Shown piece after piece: positions 45,134 through 56,157 of a stretch of DNA of 59,403 nt. Location of the stretch: the IMG/VR virus record IMGVR_UViG_3300028883_000053, positions 1-59,403 of that record. One strand, given 5' to 3'. Below the pieces are notes generated by a model that was given only the letters and a program-made list of their open reading frames with translations, was not told where the DNA came from and ran no database searches. The translations under genes and the position numbers were made by a program. Positions within the stretch are counted from its first letter, which is position 1, and each line of letters starts with the position of its first letter. Source of the stretch: a virus. Its lineage: Duplodnaviria > Caudoviricetes.

Positions 45134-46620
45134 TGACGACCCGCGAGATAGATTATCACTTCAGAGTTGATTGGGATTTCGACGGCAGTTATACGGACGA
45201 ATCTCTGCATTTGATCAGCGCTAACGGACGTCTGCGTCTGGCTGCACCTGCATCTTCTATCGCATCACCGAAGGGTATTGTGGATCAGATGACGGTCGTT
45301 CTCGATAATTCAGAGGGCAGATACAGCCCTATGAATTCAGCGGGCGCTTTGTACTCTAGCATTCAGGACGGCGGCGCATATCATGCACCATGCTATTTCG
45401 AGGTCAGCATAGACGGCGGCTCTAATTTCTATCGCACCTTTACGGGCGTAATCAAGATTCCTGTCGAGCAGGGACCTACGATAAGAACGACTGCGATAGT
45501 GTCAATAGATTGTCGGGGCAGGGACGAGACACTGCTCAATAATCGGGTCAGCACGACGCAGACACGCTTCCAGACGGCATACGCCAACTACTGGAATGAG
45601 GCCGAAATCATCGATCAGTGGCTGACAGATGCAGGGCTGTCAAGCGGCAGTGACTATGTCGTGGACGAGGGTCTGTTTCGTGTTCCGTGGGTCTGGCTAG
45701 ACGACGAATCACCTATCGAGGAAATATGGGCGCTGGCTGCGGCGTGCGGCGGTCGCTTCTACTGCGATCCTGATGGCGTGTTTCGATACGAGAACGCCTA
45801 TCACTGGCTGTTATCACCGCACACAGTCTCGCAGGAGACGATTACGGAATCTAATCACGCACAGATCATGCCATACTATAGCGACAGGGACCTATATAAA
45901 TCTGTCACGGTCGAAACGTCCGGGCGTGCGTTAGCGGCAATCGACACGATCTGGCAAGCGGAGAATGTCGTCACCGTCGCACCCAATACGACCAAGACAG
46001 TAACTGCGAAAATGCGCCAACCCTGTTACTCAGTGAATGCGATATCCTACACGGCGGTTACTCCTGGCGGAGTCGACCTGGACAGCTACATTACGGTTAC
46101 TGCGACATACTATGCGCAGCGCATAGAACTGTCAATCGAAAATGCACACACAGAACAACAGGCAATGCTGATCGGTCTGCAGGTGACAGGCATCGCAGTG
46201 GACGGTCGACCGTCGCAGGAGGAAACGTACGATTCTGACGATACGTCATATTGGAACACTAGTAAGCGTCAGGGTCGCACGCGTGCGTTACGATCCAATG
46301 CGTGGGTGCAGACCAGGACGCAGATGGAATTCCTTGGAACTTTCCTAATCGATCGTTGGGAGAATCCTATCCTAGCCTATCGTCTGCAGGGCGTCCCTGG
46401 CGACCCACAGCGGCGTCTGGGCGACCGAATCACGATAGACGATGAATCGGTCATGTCTAGCAGTCGGGACGCATACGTCACCGAGATTACGTGGCGGGCT
46501 GACGGGACAGGATTCGTTCAGGATATCATCGCATACGATGCGCTCAATATGTTCCCATCATCGAGCTATTTCGTGCTCGGAACAAATCAGTGCGGTGACA
46601 CGGAGGTCCTTTTCTACTGA
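45130..46620 (+). CDS. Baseplate hub/minor tail protein
   Basis: VDWDFDG; LDNSEGRYSP; GRFYCDPDGVFRYE; LGDRITI. Confidence 0.7.
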   Translation: MMTTREIDYHFRVDWDFDGSYTDESLHLISANGRLRLAAPASSIASPKGIVDQMTVVLDNSEGRYSPMNSAGALYSSIQDGGAYHAPCYFEVSIDGGSNFYRTFTGVIKIPVEQGPTIRTTAIVSIDCRGRDETLLNNRVSTTQTRFQTAYANYWNEAEIIDQWLTDAGLSSGSDYVVDEGLFRVPWVWLDDESPIEEIWALAAACGGRFYCDPDGVFRYENAYHWLLSPHTVSQETITESNHAQIMPYYSDRDLYKSVTVETSGRALAAIDTIWQAENVVTVAPNTTKTVTAKMRQPCYSVNAISYTAVTPGGVDLDSYITVTATYYAQRIELSIENAHTEQQAMLIGLQVTGIAVDGRPSQEETYDSDDTSYWNTSKRQGRTRALRSNAWVQTRTQMEFLGTFLIDRWENPILAYRLQGVPGDPQRRLGDRITIDDESVMSSSRDAYVTEITWRADGTGFVQDIIAYDALNMFPSSSYFVLGTNQCGDTEVLFY

Positions 46621-47231
46621 TGGCATATCAGGCTATATCGTCCCTTTCTGCGGGGAGTACGGTCACGGCATCGTATCTCAACAGGTTGGCTGACAACGCC
46701 GAGTTCATATACGACGTCATGGATCAGGGCAATACTCCCTTCGCATCCTACAGTCGCGAGTCTGTTTCGTCTATCGACGAGACAGATGTCTTGTGGCGAT
46801 TCAGGCATCGCAATCGATACCTGAATTATCAGATATGGTCGCTGGGCTACACGCATATTCGAATCTACTACAACGGCGTTCAGGTCGCAGGGAGCGAATC
46901 ACCGACTGCAGGATATTACACGGGCGTTGCAGACCTAGAGGACATAACGTCCTGGTCGAATTACGAGGGCGGCTGGCTGATCACAACGGTCTACGCAGGC
47001 GGGACCGGCGAGGCAGACATCGTCATCAATGACGGGACATACTATCTCTGCACTGCAGATCACACGGCAGACGCATCAAACGAACCGGGCGTTGGCGGGT
47101 CTTGGACGTCATATTGGGCGGCGATAGCAGAGCCTGTCATCGGCTCGATCTACACGGTCCACGTCGACATCGGTTTTGACGAGAACAGGGTCGGCATCGT
47201 CGACTACCTGATGGAAGGGTATGGGCTATGA
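46620..47231 (+). CDS. Minor tail protein with a CBM5/12-like module
   Basis: IVINDGTYYLCTADHT..EPGVGGSWTSYW. Confidence 0.6.
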   Translation: MAYQAISSLSAGSTVTASYLNRLADNAEFIYDVMDQGNTPFASYSRESVSSIDETDVLWRFRHRNRYLNYQIWSLGYTHIRIYYNGVQVAGSESPTAGYYTGVADLEDITSWSNYEGGWLITTVYAGGTGEADIVINDGTYYLCTADHTADASNEPGVGGSWTSYWAAIAEPVIGSIYTVHVDIGFDENRVGIVDYLMEGYGL

Positions 47232-48070
47232 CATTCGAGAAGCTAGCGGACCGAGTCGACGATGAACTGTTGACTGCGACCTGTCTTAATGCACTGTCGC
47301 AGAACGTCGAGCACGCCTTCGGAATGACGCAGGGCATGAACGTCGGCTTCCAGACCTACGTTGGCGATGTCTCAGACCTGACCGGATCAGACGTTATTTG
47401 GATGATACGGCACAAGCTAGACTACTTTCACTACAACATCGTTGTTGACGCTGACCTGGACGATATATATATCAAGGCGCTACTGGTCGATAATTCAGGA
47501 AGCACGATCACGCTATACAGCAACGCCTCGCCAGGGTCTACGCATACGTTCAGTGGCTATGTCGACGTATCGAGCCTGTTGTCTGCGAGCAACTGGTACA
47601 AGGTGTGGGTCGAGATAGACTACTCGGATGGGGAGACCCACGCAACGTACGTCTATGACCTGTACGAGTCTGACGCCACATCGTTAGGCACGTCGACCGA
47701 GTCGAGCTACGCAGCACCGCAGCGCTGGTCGCACGGTGACACCGTATCGGCTGCGAATATGAACAAGTATAAGACGGCGCTGGACGCTGCTTACAGCCGT
47801 TCAGGTGACGAGCAGTATATTCAATTGGTTCGTCAGAACAACACGCCAGACGGCGCTAGTGGCTATCGTGGCGGCTACTTTTTCGTACACCGTCAGCGCT
47901 GGTTGCACTTTGTCGGGGATCAGGTCGAAATCGTCGACCCTATTCTAGGAAATGATACGCAGGAAGAAACGACGAGTCCGGTTGACCTGTACACGGTCGA
48001 TTGGCTTGCCGAGGGCATGCTGTACGAGGTCAAGGACTGCGTATTCTGCACGGAGGACAGCGATCCATAA
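47228..48070 (+). CDS. Minor tail protein, paralog of 46620..47231
   Basis: Shared TA..LN.L..N.E and DV.W..RH motifs. Confidence 0.6.
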   Translation: MTFEKLADRVDDELLTATCLNALSQNVEHAFGMTQGMNVGFQTYVGDVSDLTGSDVIWMIRHKLDYFHYNIVVDADLDDIYIKALLVDNSGSTITLYSNASPGSTHTFSGYVDVSSLLSASNWYKVWVEIDYSDGETHATYVYDLYESDATSLGTSTESSYAAPQRWSHGDTVSAANMNKYKTALDAAYSRSGDEQYIQLVRQNNTPDGASGYRGGYFFVHRQRWLHFVGDQVEIVDPILGNDTQEETTSPVDLYTVDWLAEGMLYEVKDCVFCTEDSDP

Positions 48071-51000
48071 TGCCGAAAGATCAAAAAGAACGGATAATTG
48101 ATACTCCATTCACAGCGCCGTCACGCACGGGCGCTTCATCCTATGTTCCAGGTACGTCTGCAGGGACGATTACGGAACACACGCTGAACTCGCACACGGG
48201 CAATCTGGACTGGTCACGGGTCGACAAGACCGGATCAGCGCTGTCTGATATCGTGAGCAGACCGCACAGCGCCTTGACCGGCATCGCAGCGGACGATCAC
48301 CACGATCCTGTCACCGTCACAACACGGCTCACGCTAGACACGCAGCTAATCGACATCAATCTGGCAGCAGCCTTTTCGTGGACGGGCAGTCATTCCTGGA
48401 CGCAGGACCTACAGGTCAACGCAGACCTTGACTTCATAGGGGCGCAGTCAATCACGACGTCGAGCGGAGATCTAACGATAGCGCCAACTGACGACATCTC
48501 GCTGATTCCTGGCGAGGGCGAGGTCAAGCTGACGGGCGACCTGAAGTTCATGGGCGACGCACGCAGCATTCAAACGGCATCATCCTACGACCTGACGATC
48601 ATTCCTGGCGGCAACATAGTTCTCGACCCGACAGGCGGATACGTCGAGGCGGCTGAGGGCGTCAATCTGAAGTCAGACGATTACGCATCCAGAACTACAG
48701 GCTGGCAGATCACGGACGGCGGCAACGCTGAATTTCGCAATCTGATAGCGGATGAACTACAGGTAAAGGTCTTCACGGCGGCACTAGAACAAGTCTCCGA
48801 TTCGATCTTTGGCGTCTTTCCGAGTAGCGGCATCCTGTCGCGCGATTTCAACGTGCCGAATCCTGGTAACACGCGCACGCTGTACGTTCACGATAAGGAG
48901 GCGATGCCTGACACGCGCATTTTCACGTCTGGCGACACGGTCTGCATTCAGGAATTCTCACGCAGCGCAACCGGTCTGACCGTCGCCTATTGCTGGGGCG
49001 TCGTCACCAATTACAGCGATCTAAGCGACGGCGAGCAGTCCTGGACCTTCACCCGATCATCGTCACCAAACGGCGGTAGCGCAAGCGGCACGATCCTGGC
49101 GGGCGTCCCTGTCGTCGACTACGGGACAGCGGGAGACGGCATCGTCGAGACGATAGCGACACCTGTCAGCGGGGATATTGACGAACAGGACACTCCGTTT
49201 ATGCACGTCGCTACTTGGGCGACGCATCCTGCATCACTGACCGAGCGGGTGCGCGTCGGCAACCTGACAGGATTGTCACTGACGGGAATCAGCGGTCACG
49301 GCTTCTATACGGGCGAAGGGTCGACACGCTATTTTGCTTCGACACCTGATGGAATCTACATGCGCAACGCAAACATCACGTCGAACGACGGGAGCGCAGA
49401 TACGGTCAATATTACATCTGACGGTGAGCTTAAACTAGGAACGAACGTCGACGATGACGCTACGACCTACTTCAGCGTTACCAGCGATGGAAACGTGCGG
49501 ATGGGACCGTATGCGACCGACCAGCCCAACCTCATGTGGGATCAGGCTGCAGGCGATTTCTCTATTCGTGTATACGACGAGGACGTGATTCGTTTCGAGA
49601 GTACGGGTGACAGCTACTTCACTGGCGTTATGCAGATCAATACGTCTGGTGAATTCCGATTTGGCGATTCGTCCGAGGATATGAGCGGCGTGTCGCTTCC
49701 CGATGATTTCACAGGCATTCGCATGTGGAAAGACGGGACGCAATACGCAGGTCATCTTGAATACTACGCAAACGGCGATCAGAAGTGGCACAGTGTTTAT
49801 ACGGGCGCATGGTATACAGGATATGTATACGGCACGAGCTATTTCTACGATCAAGGCAATGCCGAGCACTTGTATGATGTCCTATACGGACCATACGAAA
49901 CAGCGCAACTCAATCGCTGGGGATTGATGGTCAAGGCCCATGAGGGCGTGCCGTATATCTTTGACTATTCGCTTGGAAGCGACTATGACGATTGGTCTGT
50001 CAACGGCATAACGTTTTGGCCGCAACTCAACGACTCGATGGCGTACTCGATCAACGCCTACACTGAAAAGCCAACCGCTATGATCTTTTCGGTCGGAGAC
50101 GATACCGCAACGCATACGGTCACAGATGTCAATCTGAACGAGGACTCTCGGTTCTCGAATATGTCATCGGGCAGGGTCGGCATGCTGATGGTTGGCCCTG
50201 GCGAGCGATACGCAGACGGGGACACGTATTGGGGCGAGGTCGATCCGCTCAACTACAACTTCCTTGGCGATCCGCTATTCACCCTTAACCCTACTGTATT
50301 TCTTGGGCTATACGGGACGACCTCAAGGATAGAATTTTGGGGGGCTGATTCGTTTCGGGTCGACACTGACTCGGCGCAATTCCAGCTAGAATCAAGCTAT
50401 TCTCTCAGCACGACAACGGGCAGTATCTCGATGTTCACGGGTACGCATCATGGATTAGTACTCAGCGACACGGGTACGCATACGCTGTACGGCGCAAACG
50501 ATGGAAACACGAAATTAATTCCAGAAATCAATGCCGCAGACACCGATCCTGTAACGACAGGATACGACCTGGGCGACGGCACGCATTTCTGGCGCACGAT
50601 ATACGCACGTAGCATCGTCGGGGCAGAGGCGATCACGTCTGGCGGGGCGGTCGAATCCACGTATGTAAAGACGCAGGAATTGCGAGGCTCGCTGACAGAC
50701 CTAGCGATTGGCACTGCATCAAACGGTGGAACCGTAATCATCAAAGAGTACGATGGTGCAGGCGAGCAGAACTTGCACGTATACGGCGCAGGTCAATTCG
50801 CTAGCGGTATCAGCATCGACACGGGCGGGAAGATAGTCGGTCCTGCAAATCTGGAAATCGAACTTGGCGGCAGTTCATACGAGATCAAATCGTATTTCGA
50901 TAAAATCGACCATCACATTGACGGCTTCTACTCGTCCAGCTTGGACGACTTCACTGGCTCGCTGTCCTGGTCGAATTTGGATACCGGCGGCAGTGACCTG

Positions 51001-54000
51001 GACGACCTGCAAACGTCCCGCATTCAGGACATGACGAGCCGAGATCACGGCGAGCTAACAGGGCTTACCCACGACGACCATTCGATCTATGTTCACAAGT
51101 CGATTGCTCGCACGATCACCGCCAAGCATACGTTCAACCCATCTGTCGCAGGCGCACCGTTCATCATCGGCGCAAATGCAGATGAGGTGCAGGTCGATGG
51201 TCTGAAGGCTGAATTCGCAAGCAAGCTGAATCGTTCTGTGTTGTCGGGTGACGGCCTGTCGGGTGGCGGCAAACTGACGACCAGCCGCACACTAGCGGTC
51301 GATTCTTCGGTCGCACGGTCCACGTGGGCGGTCACAGCGGGCGCTGGGCTGACCGGAGGGGGCAACCTATCAAGCGGCGGGATTACGGTCGCTGTGGGCG
51401 CAGGAACGGGTATTACGGTCAACGCAGATGACATCGAGATCAATCAGGCTGCAGCGCTGACGCTGACGAATCTGACGGTCGGCTCGACGGGCGCACCGTT
51501 TGCGGTTGCTGCAGGGTCGCAGGGTCAGACCGTGACAGGGCTAAAGGCTGACACGGTCAACATTTCTGTTACTGGTGGTGCAGGTTTGACGGGCGGCGGA
51601 GCGCTGACGACAGATCAGGCGCTAGCGGTCGGGGCAGGAGACGGCGTGAGCGTCACCACAGACGCCGTGGCGGTCGATTCTACCGTAGCAAGGTCTACTT
51701 GGCTGATCAACACCGGTGACGGGCTGAGCGGCGGTGCAGCGCTGTCTGAGGCGGGACCGACACTCACTGTCGATTCATCGGTGGCGAGGAATTCATGGAA
51801 CGTCGATACGGGCGCTGGCTTGAGCGGCGGCGGGTCGCTATCGTCTAGCGGTCTGACGCTGACGCTCGATACATCGTACTCACCGACCTGGACGGGCGCT
51901 CATACGTTCCAGGTGACGATGACGACACGGGACCTGTTGCCGGAAACGGCGGACACGTACGACATCGGCTCGTCCTTGTACCCATATTCGAATCTGTGGG
52001 CGTCGCAGGTCAATGCGGTGATCTTCGCAGAGAACACGCAGCAACTAATCGACCATATGTTTGTCATCGCTCACGGGTCTGGCATCCTGCCGGAGGTCGT
52101 ATCGACCGATACGCAGATCGATTTTGGCGACACGATGACGGTGGGCGATATCATCGTGATACGAGGACACGATACCAACGGCAACGCCAAGACCGAGTAT
52201 ATGTCGATTGACTCGCTGTCGACCGGCACGACGTACAACGTGACCAGGGACCTCGCAGCGGCGCATGCGACCGATCCTCATTGGGCGGACGGCACAGTCT
52301 ATCAAATCAATGGTCAGACGGGTGACGGGCGCATCGAGCTTGACAATAGCGACACGCCACGGATCAGCGTTATCACGCAGGGCGCAACGTACAACGCACA
52401 GACCGAGCGAGCGCGCATGGGCGACCTGGACGGCATACTCAGTCTGGCGTCCGGCACGCACGGCTTCGCAGCGGCAGCGAACCTCAACGCAGCGCAATCG
52501 TCCTTCACCGGCTTTACGGTCGACCCGACCAACGGCATGCGCCTATTCAATACCGATTACCTAGCCTACGAATCAGGCTCGCTCGTCACGCAGATCGACG
52601 AGACAGGTTTGATTTTCGGCGATAACACCAACAGCAATAATCGTAAGATATCGTGGTACGACGGCGAGGTGGGCGATGTTGGATCAGATGAGATAGCGGT
52701 CATTCGGGGATACACAGACGGCGCTGCTCGGATGGACTTTCAGACGAACGCACCGACCGGAAACGATGCGAAATTCTACTTCTACGCATACGGTACGTCG
52801 TCAGTCGATTCGGCGTCCCTAGAAATCAAACACGATTACTCGGAGACGTCACGCAACGCCATTATGATGTACGCAGACCGTATCGGGCTGGGTCACACGG
52901 GATACCCGACACGGGATGGGACGGCGATATTCACGGATTTGGACACGAGCGATTACGACATCGACGGCATGTACATGGGCAAGGTCACGACCGATAACGC
53001 CTTCGCTATGATGTTTCGACCGGAATTAGGCTATGGAATCACGATGTTCTCTTATCAATCTGGCATGTATTTCTCGGGCGAGCTTGGCTTAAATGCGACC
53101 GACCCGAGCTACGCATTCGCCCATTTCGATTCATCCTACGATGCGTTGATCGTCGACAATATCGGCATCGGCACAGACTCGCCAGACGAGATGCTACACA
53201 TATACGGGACGACCCCAACCATCAAGCTGGAGGACAGCGCAGCCAGCCTTGCGTACGCTTCTATATCATCTGACGCCACGGATGGTCGTTTGCAATTGAG
53301 CGCTGACGACGACGGCACAAACGGGAGTTCGCATATAAGCTTCGACGTAGGCGGGTCGACTCAGATGATACTCGACTCTAACGGCCTTCTGTACAATATG
53401 ACCGACATTCTGATCGGTCCAAATACGGGCAATCAGCAAGATCATCTGACGATATACAAAGGCTCGCCTACAATCACCCTCGAGGACTGGAATAACAACT
53501 ACTACTCGCAGATTTCGATGGATAACGGCAACCTGACCATTGCCACGGACGTTGGCGGCGGAAATGCGAGCGCAAACACCATCATATTCGAAATTGACGA
53601 CGACGAAGTCTTCAGGCTGAACGAGCTAAACTATATGAACTACTCACGTCTCGACCTCGCGGTCGAGGGGAGGCTCGTAACCGAATCGATATCCAGCGAC
53701 TACAGCGAGGGCATTTCAGATGACGGCGTATGGGTGGTGACGCCTCCGCAGAACTCGGGTACGGCGATCCTGTACGGGGCGGTTGGAATCACGAATCAGG
53801 CTAGGTCTGATTCGTTCGCAATTTTCACGTATAAGGTCACGTCCACAGAGACTTGCTTCATCGTCCTGCAACCCGCTAGCGAGGTCGAGGTGACGAGCGG
53901 GTCAGCCCTGACGGGAACGACCGGCACGAACGGCAAGATCACAATCAGCGCATATAACGGCGATCTATATATCGAGAATCGGCAGGGCGTCATTGCATAC

Positions 54001-54027
54001 GAGGGCATCCTGTTTCTAGGCTTCTAA
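48070..54027 (+). CDS. Very large tail fibre/receptor-binding protein (~1985 aa)
   Basis: Gly/Thr/Ser-rich; GxGL(S/T)GGG repeats; NIGIGTDSP motif; end of tail operon. Confidence 0.75.
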   Translation: MPKDQKERIIDTPFTAPSRTGASSYVPGTSAGTITEHTLNSHTGNLDWSRVDKTGSALSDIVSRPHSALTGIAADDHHDPVTVTTRLTLDTQLIDINLAAAFSWTGSHSWTQDLQVNADLDFIGAQSITTSSGDLTIAPTDDISLIPGEGEVKLTGDLKFMGDARSIQTASSYDLTIIPGGNIVLDPTGGYVEAAEGVNLKSDDYASRTTGWQITDGGNAEFRNLIADELQVKVFTAALEQVSDSIFGVFPSSGILSRDFNVPNPGNTRTLYVHDKEAMPDTRIFTSGDTVCIQEFSRSATGLTVAYCWGVVTNYSDLSDGEQSWTFTRSSSPNGGSASGTILAGVPVVDYGTAGDGIVETIATPVSGDIDEQDTPFMHVATWATHPASLTERVRVGNLTGLSLTGISGHGFYTGEGSTRYFASTPDGIYMRNANITSNDGSADTVNITSDGELKLGTNVDDDATTYFSVTSDGNVRMGPYATDQPNLMWDQAAGDFSIRVYDEDVIRFESTGDSYFTGVMQINTSGEFRFGDSSEDMSGVSLPDDFTGIRMWKDGTQYAGHLEYYANGDQKWHSVYTGAWYTGYVYGTSYFYDQGNAEHLYDVLYGPYETAQLNRWGLMVKAHEGVPYIFDYSLGSDYDDWSVNGITFWPQLNDSMAYSINAYTEKPTAMIFSVGDDTATHTVTDVNLNEDSRFSNMSSGRVGMLMVGPGERYADGDTYWGEVDPLNYNFLGDPLFTLNPTVFLGLYGTTSRIEFWGADSFRVDTDSAQFQLESSYSLSTTTGSISMFTGTHHGLVLSDTGTHTLYGANDGNTKLIPEINAADTDPVTTGYDLGDGTHFWRTIYARSIVGAEAITSGGAVESTYVKTQELRGSLTDLAIGTASNGGTVIIKEYDGAGEQNLHVYGAGQFASGISIDTGGKIVGPANLEIELGGSSYEIKSYFDKIDHHIDGFYSSSLDDFTGSLSWSNLDTGGSDLDDLQTSRIQDMTSRDHGELTGLTHDDHSIYVHKSIARTITAKHTFNPSVAGAPFIIGANADEVQVDGLKAEFASKLNRSVLSGDGLSGGGKLTTSRTLAVDSSVARSTWAVTAGAGLTGGGNLSSGGITVAVGAGTGITVNADDIEINQAAALTLTNLTVGSTGAPFAVAAGSQGQTVTGLKADTVNISVTGGAGLTGGGALTTDQALAVGAGDGVSVTTDAVAVDSTVARSTWLINTGDGLSGGAALSEAGPTLTVDSSVARNSWNVDTGAGLSGGGSLSSSGLTLTLDTSYSPTWTGAHTFQVTMTTRDLLPETADTYDIGSSLYPYSNLWASQVNAVIFAENTQQLIDHMFVIAHGSGILPEVVSTDTQIDFGDTMTVGDIIVIRGHDTNGNAKTEYMSIDSLSTGTTYNVTRDLAAAHATDPHWADGTVYQINGQTGDGRIELDNSDTPRISVITQGATYNAQTERARMGDLDGILSLASGTHGFAAAANLNAAQSSFTGFTVDPTNGMRLFNTDYLAYESGSLVTQIDETGLIFGDNTNSNNRKISWYDGEVGDVGSDEIAVIRGYTDGAARMDFQTNAPTGNDAKFYFYAYGTSSVDSASLEIKHDYSETSRNAIMMYADRIGLGHTGYPTRDGTAIFTDLDTSDYDIDGMYMGKVTTDNAFAMMFRPELGYGITMFSYQSGMYFSGELGLNATDPSYAFAHFDSSYDALIVDNIGIGTDSPDEMLHIYGTTPTIKLEDSAASLAYASISSDATDGRLQLSADDDGTNGSSHISFDVGGSTQMILDSNGLLYNMTDILIGPNTGNQQDHLTIYKGSPTITLEDWNNNYYSQISMDNGNLTIATDVGGGNASANTIIFEIDDDEVFRLNELNYMNYSRLDLAVEGRLVTESISSDYSEGISDDGVWVVTPPQNSGTAILYGAVGITNQARSDSFAIFTYKVTSTETCFIVLQPASEVEVTSGSALTGTTGTNGKITISAYNGDLYIENRQGVIAYEGILFLGF

Positions 54028-54036
54028 GGAAAAAAA

Positions 54037-54309
54037 ATGGCAAGTATCACATTCACGGTCGCAAACAAGACGTCTACGCTGGAAATCAGCGACGCACGCT
54101 TCATCGAGATCGCACGCATCATACGGGACGCAGAGCTAACCGATCCTGACGGGCAGATGACGGCGCAGGAGCAGCTAGACTGGTTCACGTTACACGTTGC
54201 ACGTATGGTCCGCAAACGGGCGATTGCGATGCGCAGACGTGAGCTTGAGCGGAACGACGAGGCGACGATTCAGACGGAGTTTGGCGAGGACTGGTCGACC
54301 GGAAGTTGA
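54037..54309 (+). CDS. Hypothetical protein (possible fibre chaperone)
   Basis: AAGGA RBS; follows the fibre gene. Confidence 0.55.
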   Translation: MASITFTVANKTSTLEISDARFIEIARIIRDAELTDPDGQMTAQEQLDWFTLHVARMVRKRAIAMRRRELERNDEATIQTEFGEDWSTGS

Positions 54310-54334
54310 CACGGTATTGACGAAATGATACACT
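54306..54334 (+). promoter_or_regulatory. Repeated promoter (class II)
   Basis: TTGACA-17-TACACT with extended TG. Confidence 0.75.
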
Positions 54335-54373
54335 GATTGCAGGGTACGATATCGACCTATTGCGAAAGGAAAT

Positions 54374-54709
54374 GTGATGCAGGAAAAGCAGGAAGTGACA
54401 GTTGCGCAGCGGCTGCAGGGTCTACAACTACAGCACGCTCAGATGGTGCAGGAACGTGACGGTCTGGAAAAGACACGGGACGAGGCCGAGGCGCGCATAG
54501 ACGCACTGACCAAGCGCATCGACCACGCCGAGGGCATGATTGCGGCGTATCAGGAAATCGCTCAGGCGGAGCAGGCTGCGCAGCCCGCACCGCAGCCCGA
54601 ACAGCCAGAGGCAAAGGCAGCGCAGAATCGGAAACAGCGCAGGGCGTCTGCGTCACACAAGCGCAAATCGACGCCAAATAAAAAGCAGCCCGAAAAAGAG
54701 GCTGCTTGA
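54374..54709 (+). CDS. Coiled-coil protein with basic tail
   Basis: GAAAGGA RBS; own promoter. Confidence 0.6.
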   Translation: MMQEKQEVTVAQRLQGLQLQHAQMVQERDGLEKTRDEAEARIDALTKRIDHAEGMIAAYQEIAQAEQAAQPAPQPEQPEAKAAQNRKQRRASASHKRKSTPNKKQPEKEAA

Positions 54710-54741
54710 TCTGGATACCACATCAATCCTTCTGTGTGACG

Positions 54742-54769
54742 GGGCGCTGTCGATACACTGACAGCGCCC
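54742..54769. terminator. Hairpin between convergent genes
   Basis: GGGCGCTGTC-GATACACT-GACAGCGCCC. Confidence 0.6.
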
Positions 54770-54776
54770 TTGTCGT

Positions 54777-55163
54777 TTAGCTATCGTATTTGATGCGGGC
54801 GTACTGCTTGGGCTTCGATCGGAAAGCATACAGTTCCTCATGAGCCATCGCATATCCCTCTAGCATCTTGGCGTCCCATATGGCGGCGGGCGTGACTATC
54901 ATAACCTTCATGTCGTCACCCTGGACCGACTGACCGAAATCCACGACGGCGTTACGCAGGCGCTTCTCTAGCGTCTTGATCTCGTCGTCTAGCTCGAACA
55001 GTGCGTTGTCTGTCTCGTCCTCGATCCTAGCGACTGCGTCGACCTGTTCTGGCGTCAGTATATCGTTGACGCGGCGGCGTCCTGACGCGGCGGTCTGCTT
55101 CCGTTCATGACGTGCCTCACTGAGGCGGATCATCATCTGATTGATACCTGTTGCATTCGTCAT
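54777..55163 (-). CDS. Coiled-coil hypothetical protein (possibly Gam/Gp157-like)
   Basis: GAAAGGA RBS; helical N-terminus. Confidence 0.55.
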   Translation of the reverse strand: MTNATGINQMMIRLSEARHERKQTAASGRRRVNDILTPEQVDAVARIEDETDNALFELDDEIKTLEKRLRNAVVDFGQSVQGDDMKVMIVTPAAIWDAKMLEGYAMAHEELYAFRSKPKQYARIKYDS

Positions 55164-55168
55164 CGTTC

Positions 55169-55504
55169 TTATTCCTTTCGTGCTTGGTCTGTGGCGGCGT
55201 CTGCTAGCGCATTCGCCATTCTGTTTATGCACTTATGGGCTATCACCGACATCTGATCCTGTATGCGAATCTTCTGCTCCTGGCTGGCGATGTAGGCATC
55301 GGCGCTGTTGCGTGATTCCCTGCTCATGCTTCCTGCGCGATACCTAATCGCCAATGCACCCGTTAGTCGTTCGTTGATCTGATCGTGTTCTGCACGCAGC
55401 CTTTCTGTAACGCTATCGTCCATCCCTAACATCAATCTAGCTGTCTCCCTGATCGTATCGGGCGTGGCGTCTTCGTCTATGTCTATCACTACTTCGATTC
55501 TCAT
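55169..55504 (-). CDS. Hypothetical protein
   Basis: AAGGAG RBS; ATGA overlap. Confidence 0.55.
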   Translation of the reverse strand: MRIEVVIDIDEDATPDTIRETARLMLGMDDSVTERLRAEHDQINERLTGALAIRYRAGSMSRESRNSADAYIASQEQKIRIQDQMSVIAHKCINRMANALADAATDQARKE

Positions 55505-56157
55505 TTTGTCTCCTTCACGATTCTATAGCGACCGTCTGCATCCTTGGTGCGCAGCCAGACCTCGCCGTTGACTTCAAATTTGTGTTCTACTGTCGAGCCG
55601 TCATCGGTCGCATGCATTGTTACCGTTGTGGATGCCTGTGGCCGTCCCTGTGGGCGCTTCGGCGGCATCGCAGGCTGCTCGTCCCGCTCACCGTCTACGG
55701 CGCTATATAGGTGTTTTACAGCGTGCCAAGGGACCTCCGAGGCTACTAGGTCATAGGCTGCGATAAATTCAGGACCGTGCTGTTTCGGCGCAGCGCTTCC
55801 GTTCGAACCGATCATCTGCAGCAAGTGCGCAAATTCGTGGCTGACGATCCAGTACAGCGCCTCGCTTCCTCGTGCTTGTCGGTCCTTTGGTATGTTGTGA
55901 CCTAGCATAGCCATGCTGCTGAGCACCGTTTCATACTCTATAAAGCCAGTGCGCATGCGATAGTGACCAAGTCTAGCGCCGAAAACCCAGCGATGCTTGG
56001 ATGACATCTTGGCCTTGCGGTCGTATTGGCACTTGTGATATATGCGACGTCCGCTCGTGAATTTTGTCTTGGATGATACATTGAAGCGGTCCCGCAGCAT
56101 CTGCAGGTGTTTGGTTATTGCTGTCCGTTCGGCTGCGGTCCAAGTTGCCTTTGCCAT
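55501..56157 (-). CDS. Zincin-like (SprT/M48-like) metalloprotease
   Basis: HEFAH..HGPEF. Confidence 0.65.
   Translation of the reverse strand: MAKATWTAAERTAITKHLQMLRDRFNVSSKTKFTSGRRIYHKCQYDRKAKMSSKHRWVFGARLGHYRMRTGFIEYETVLSSMAMLGHNIPKDRQARGSEALYWIVSHEFAHLLQMIGSNGSAAPKQHGPEFIAAYDLVASEVPWHAVKHLYSAVDGERDEQPAMPPKRPQGRPQASTTVTMHATDDGSTVEHKFEVNGEVWLRTKDADGRYRIVKETK

Noticed and set aside
35864-54008. Long antisense ORFs such as 42644..43561 and 36040..36708
   Set aside because: They are shadow frames of well-supported plus-strand structural genes, with no RBS or recognisable motifs.
46620-54309. Diversity-generating retroelement or invertible tail-fibre switch
   Set aside because: No reverse transcriptase, no adenine-variable TR/VR pair and no invertase were seen.
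54742-54769. GATACACT in a hairpin loop as another family promoter
   Set aside because: There is no TTGAC at the proper distance; it is treated as a terminator hairpin and the match may be coincidental.
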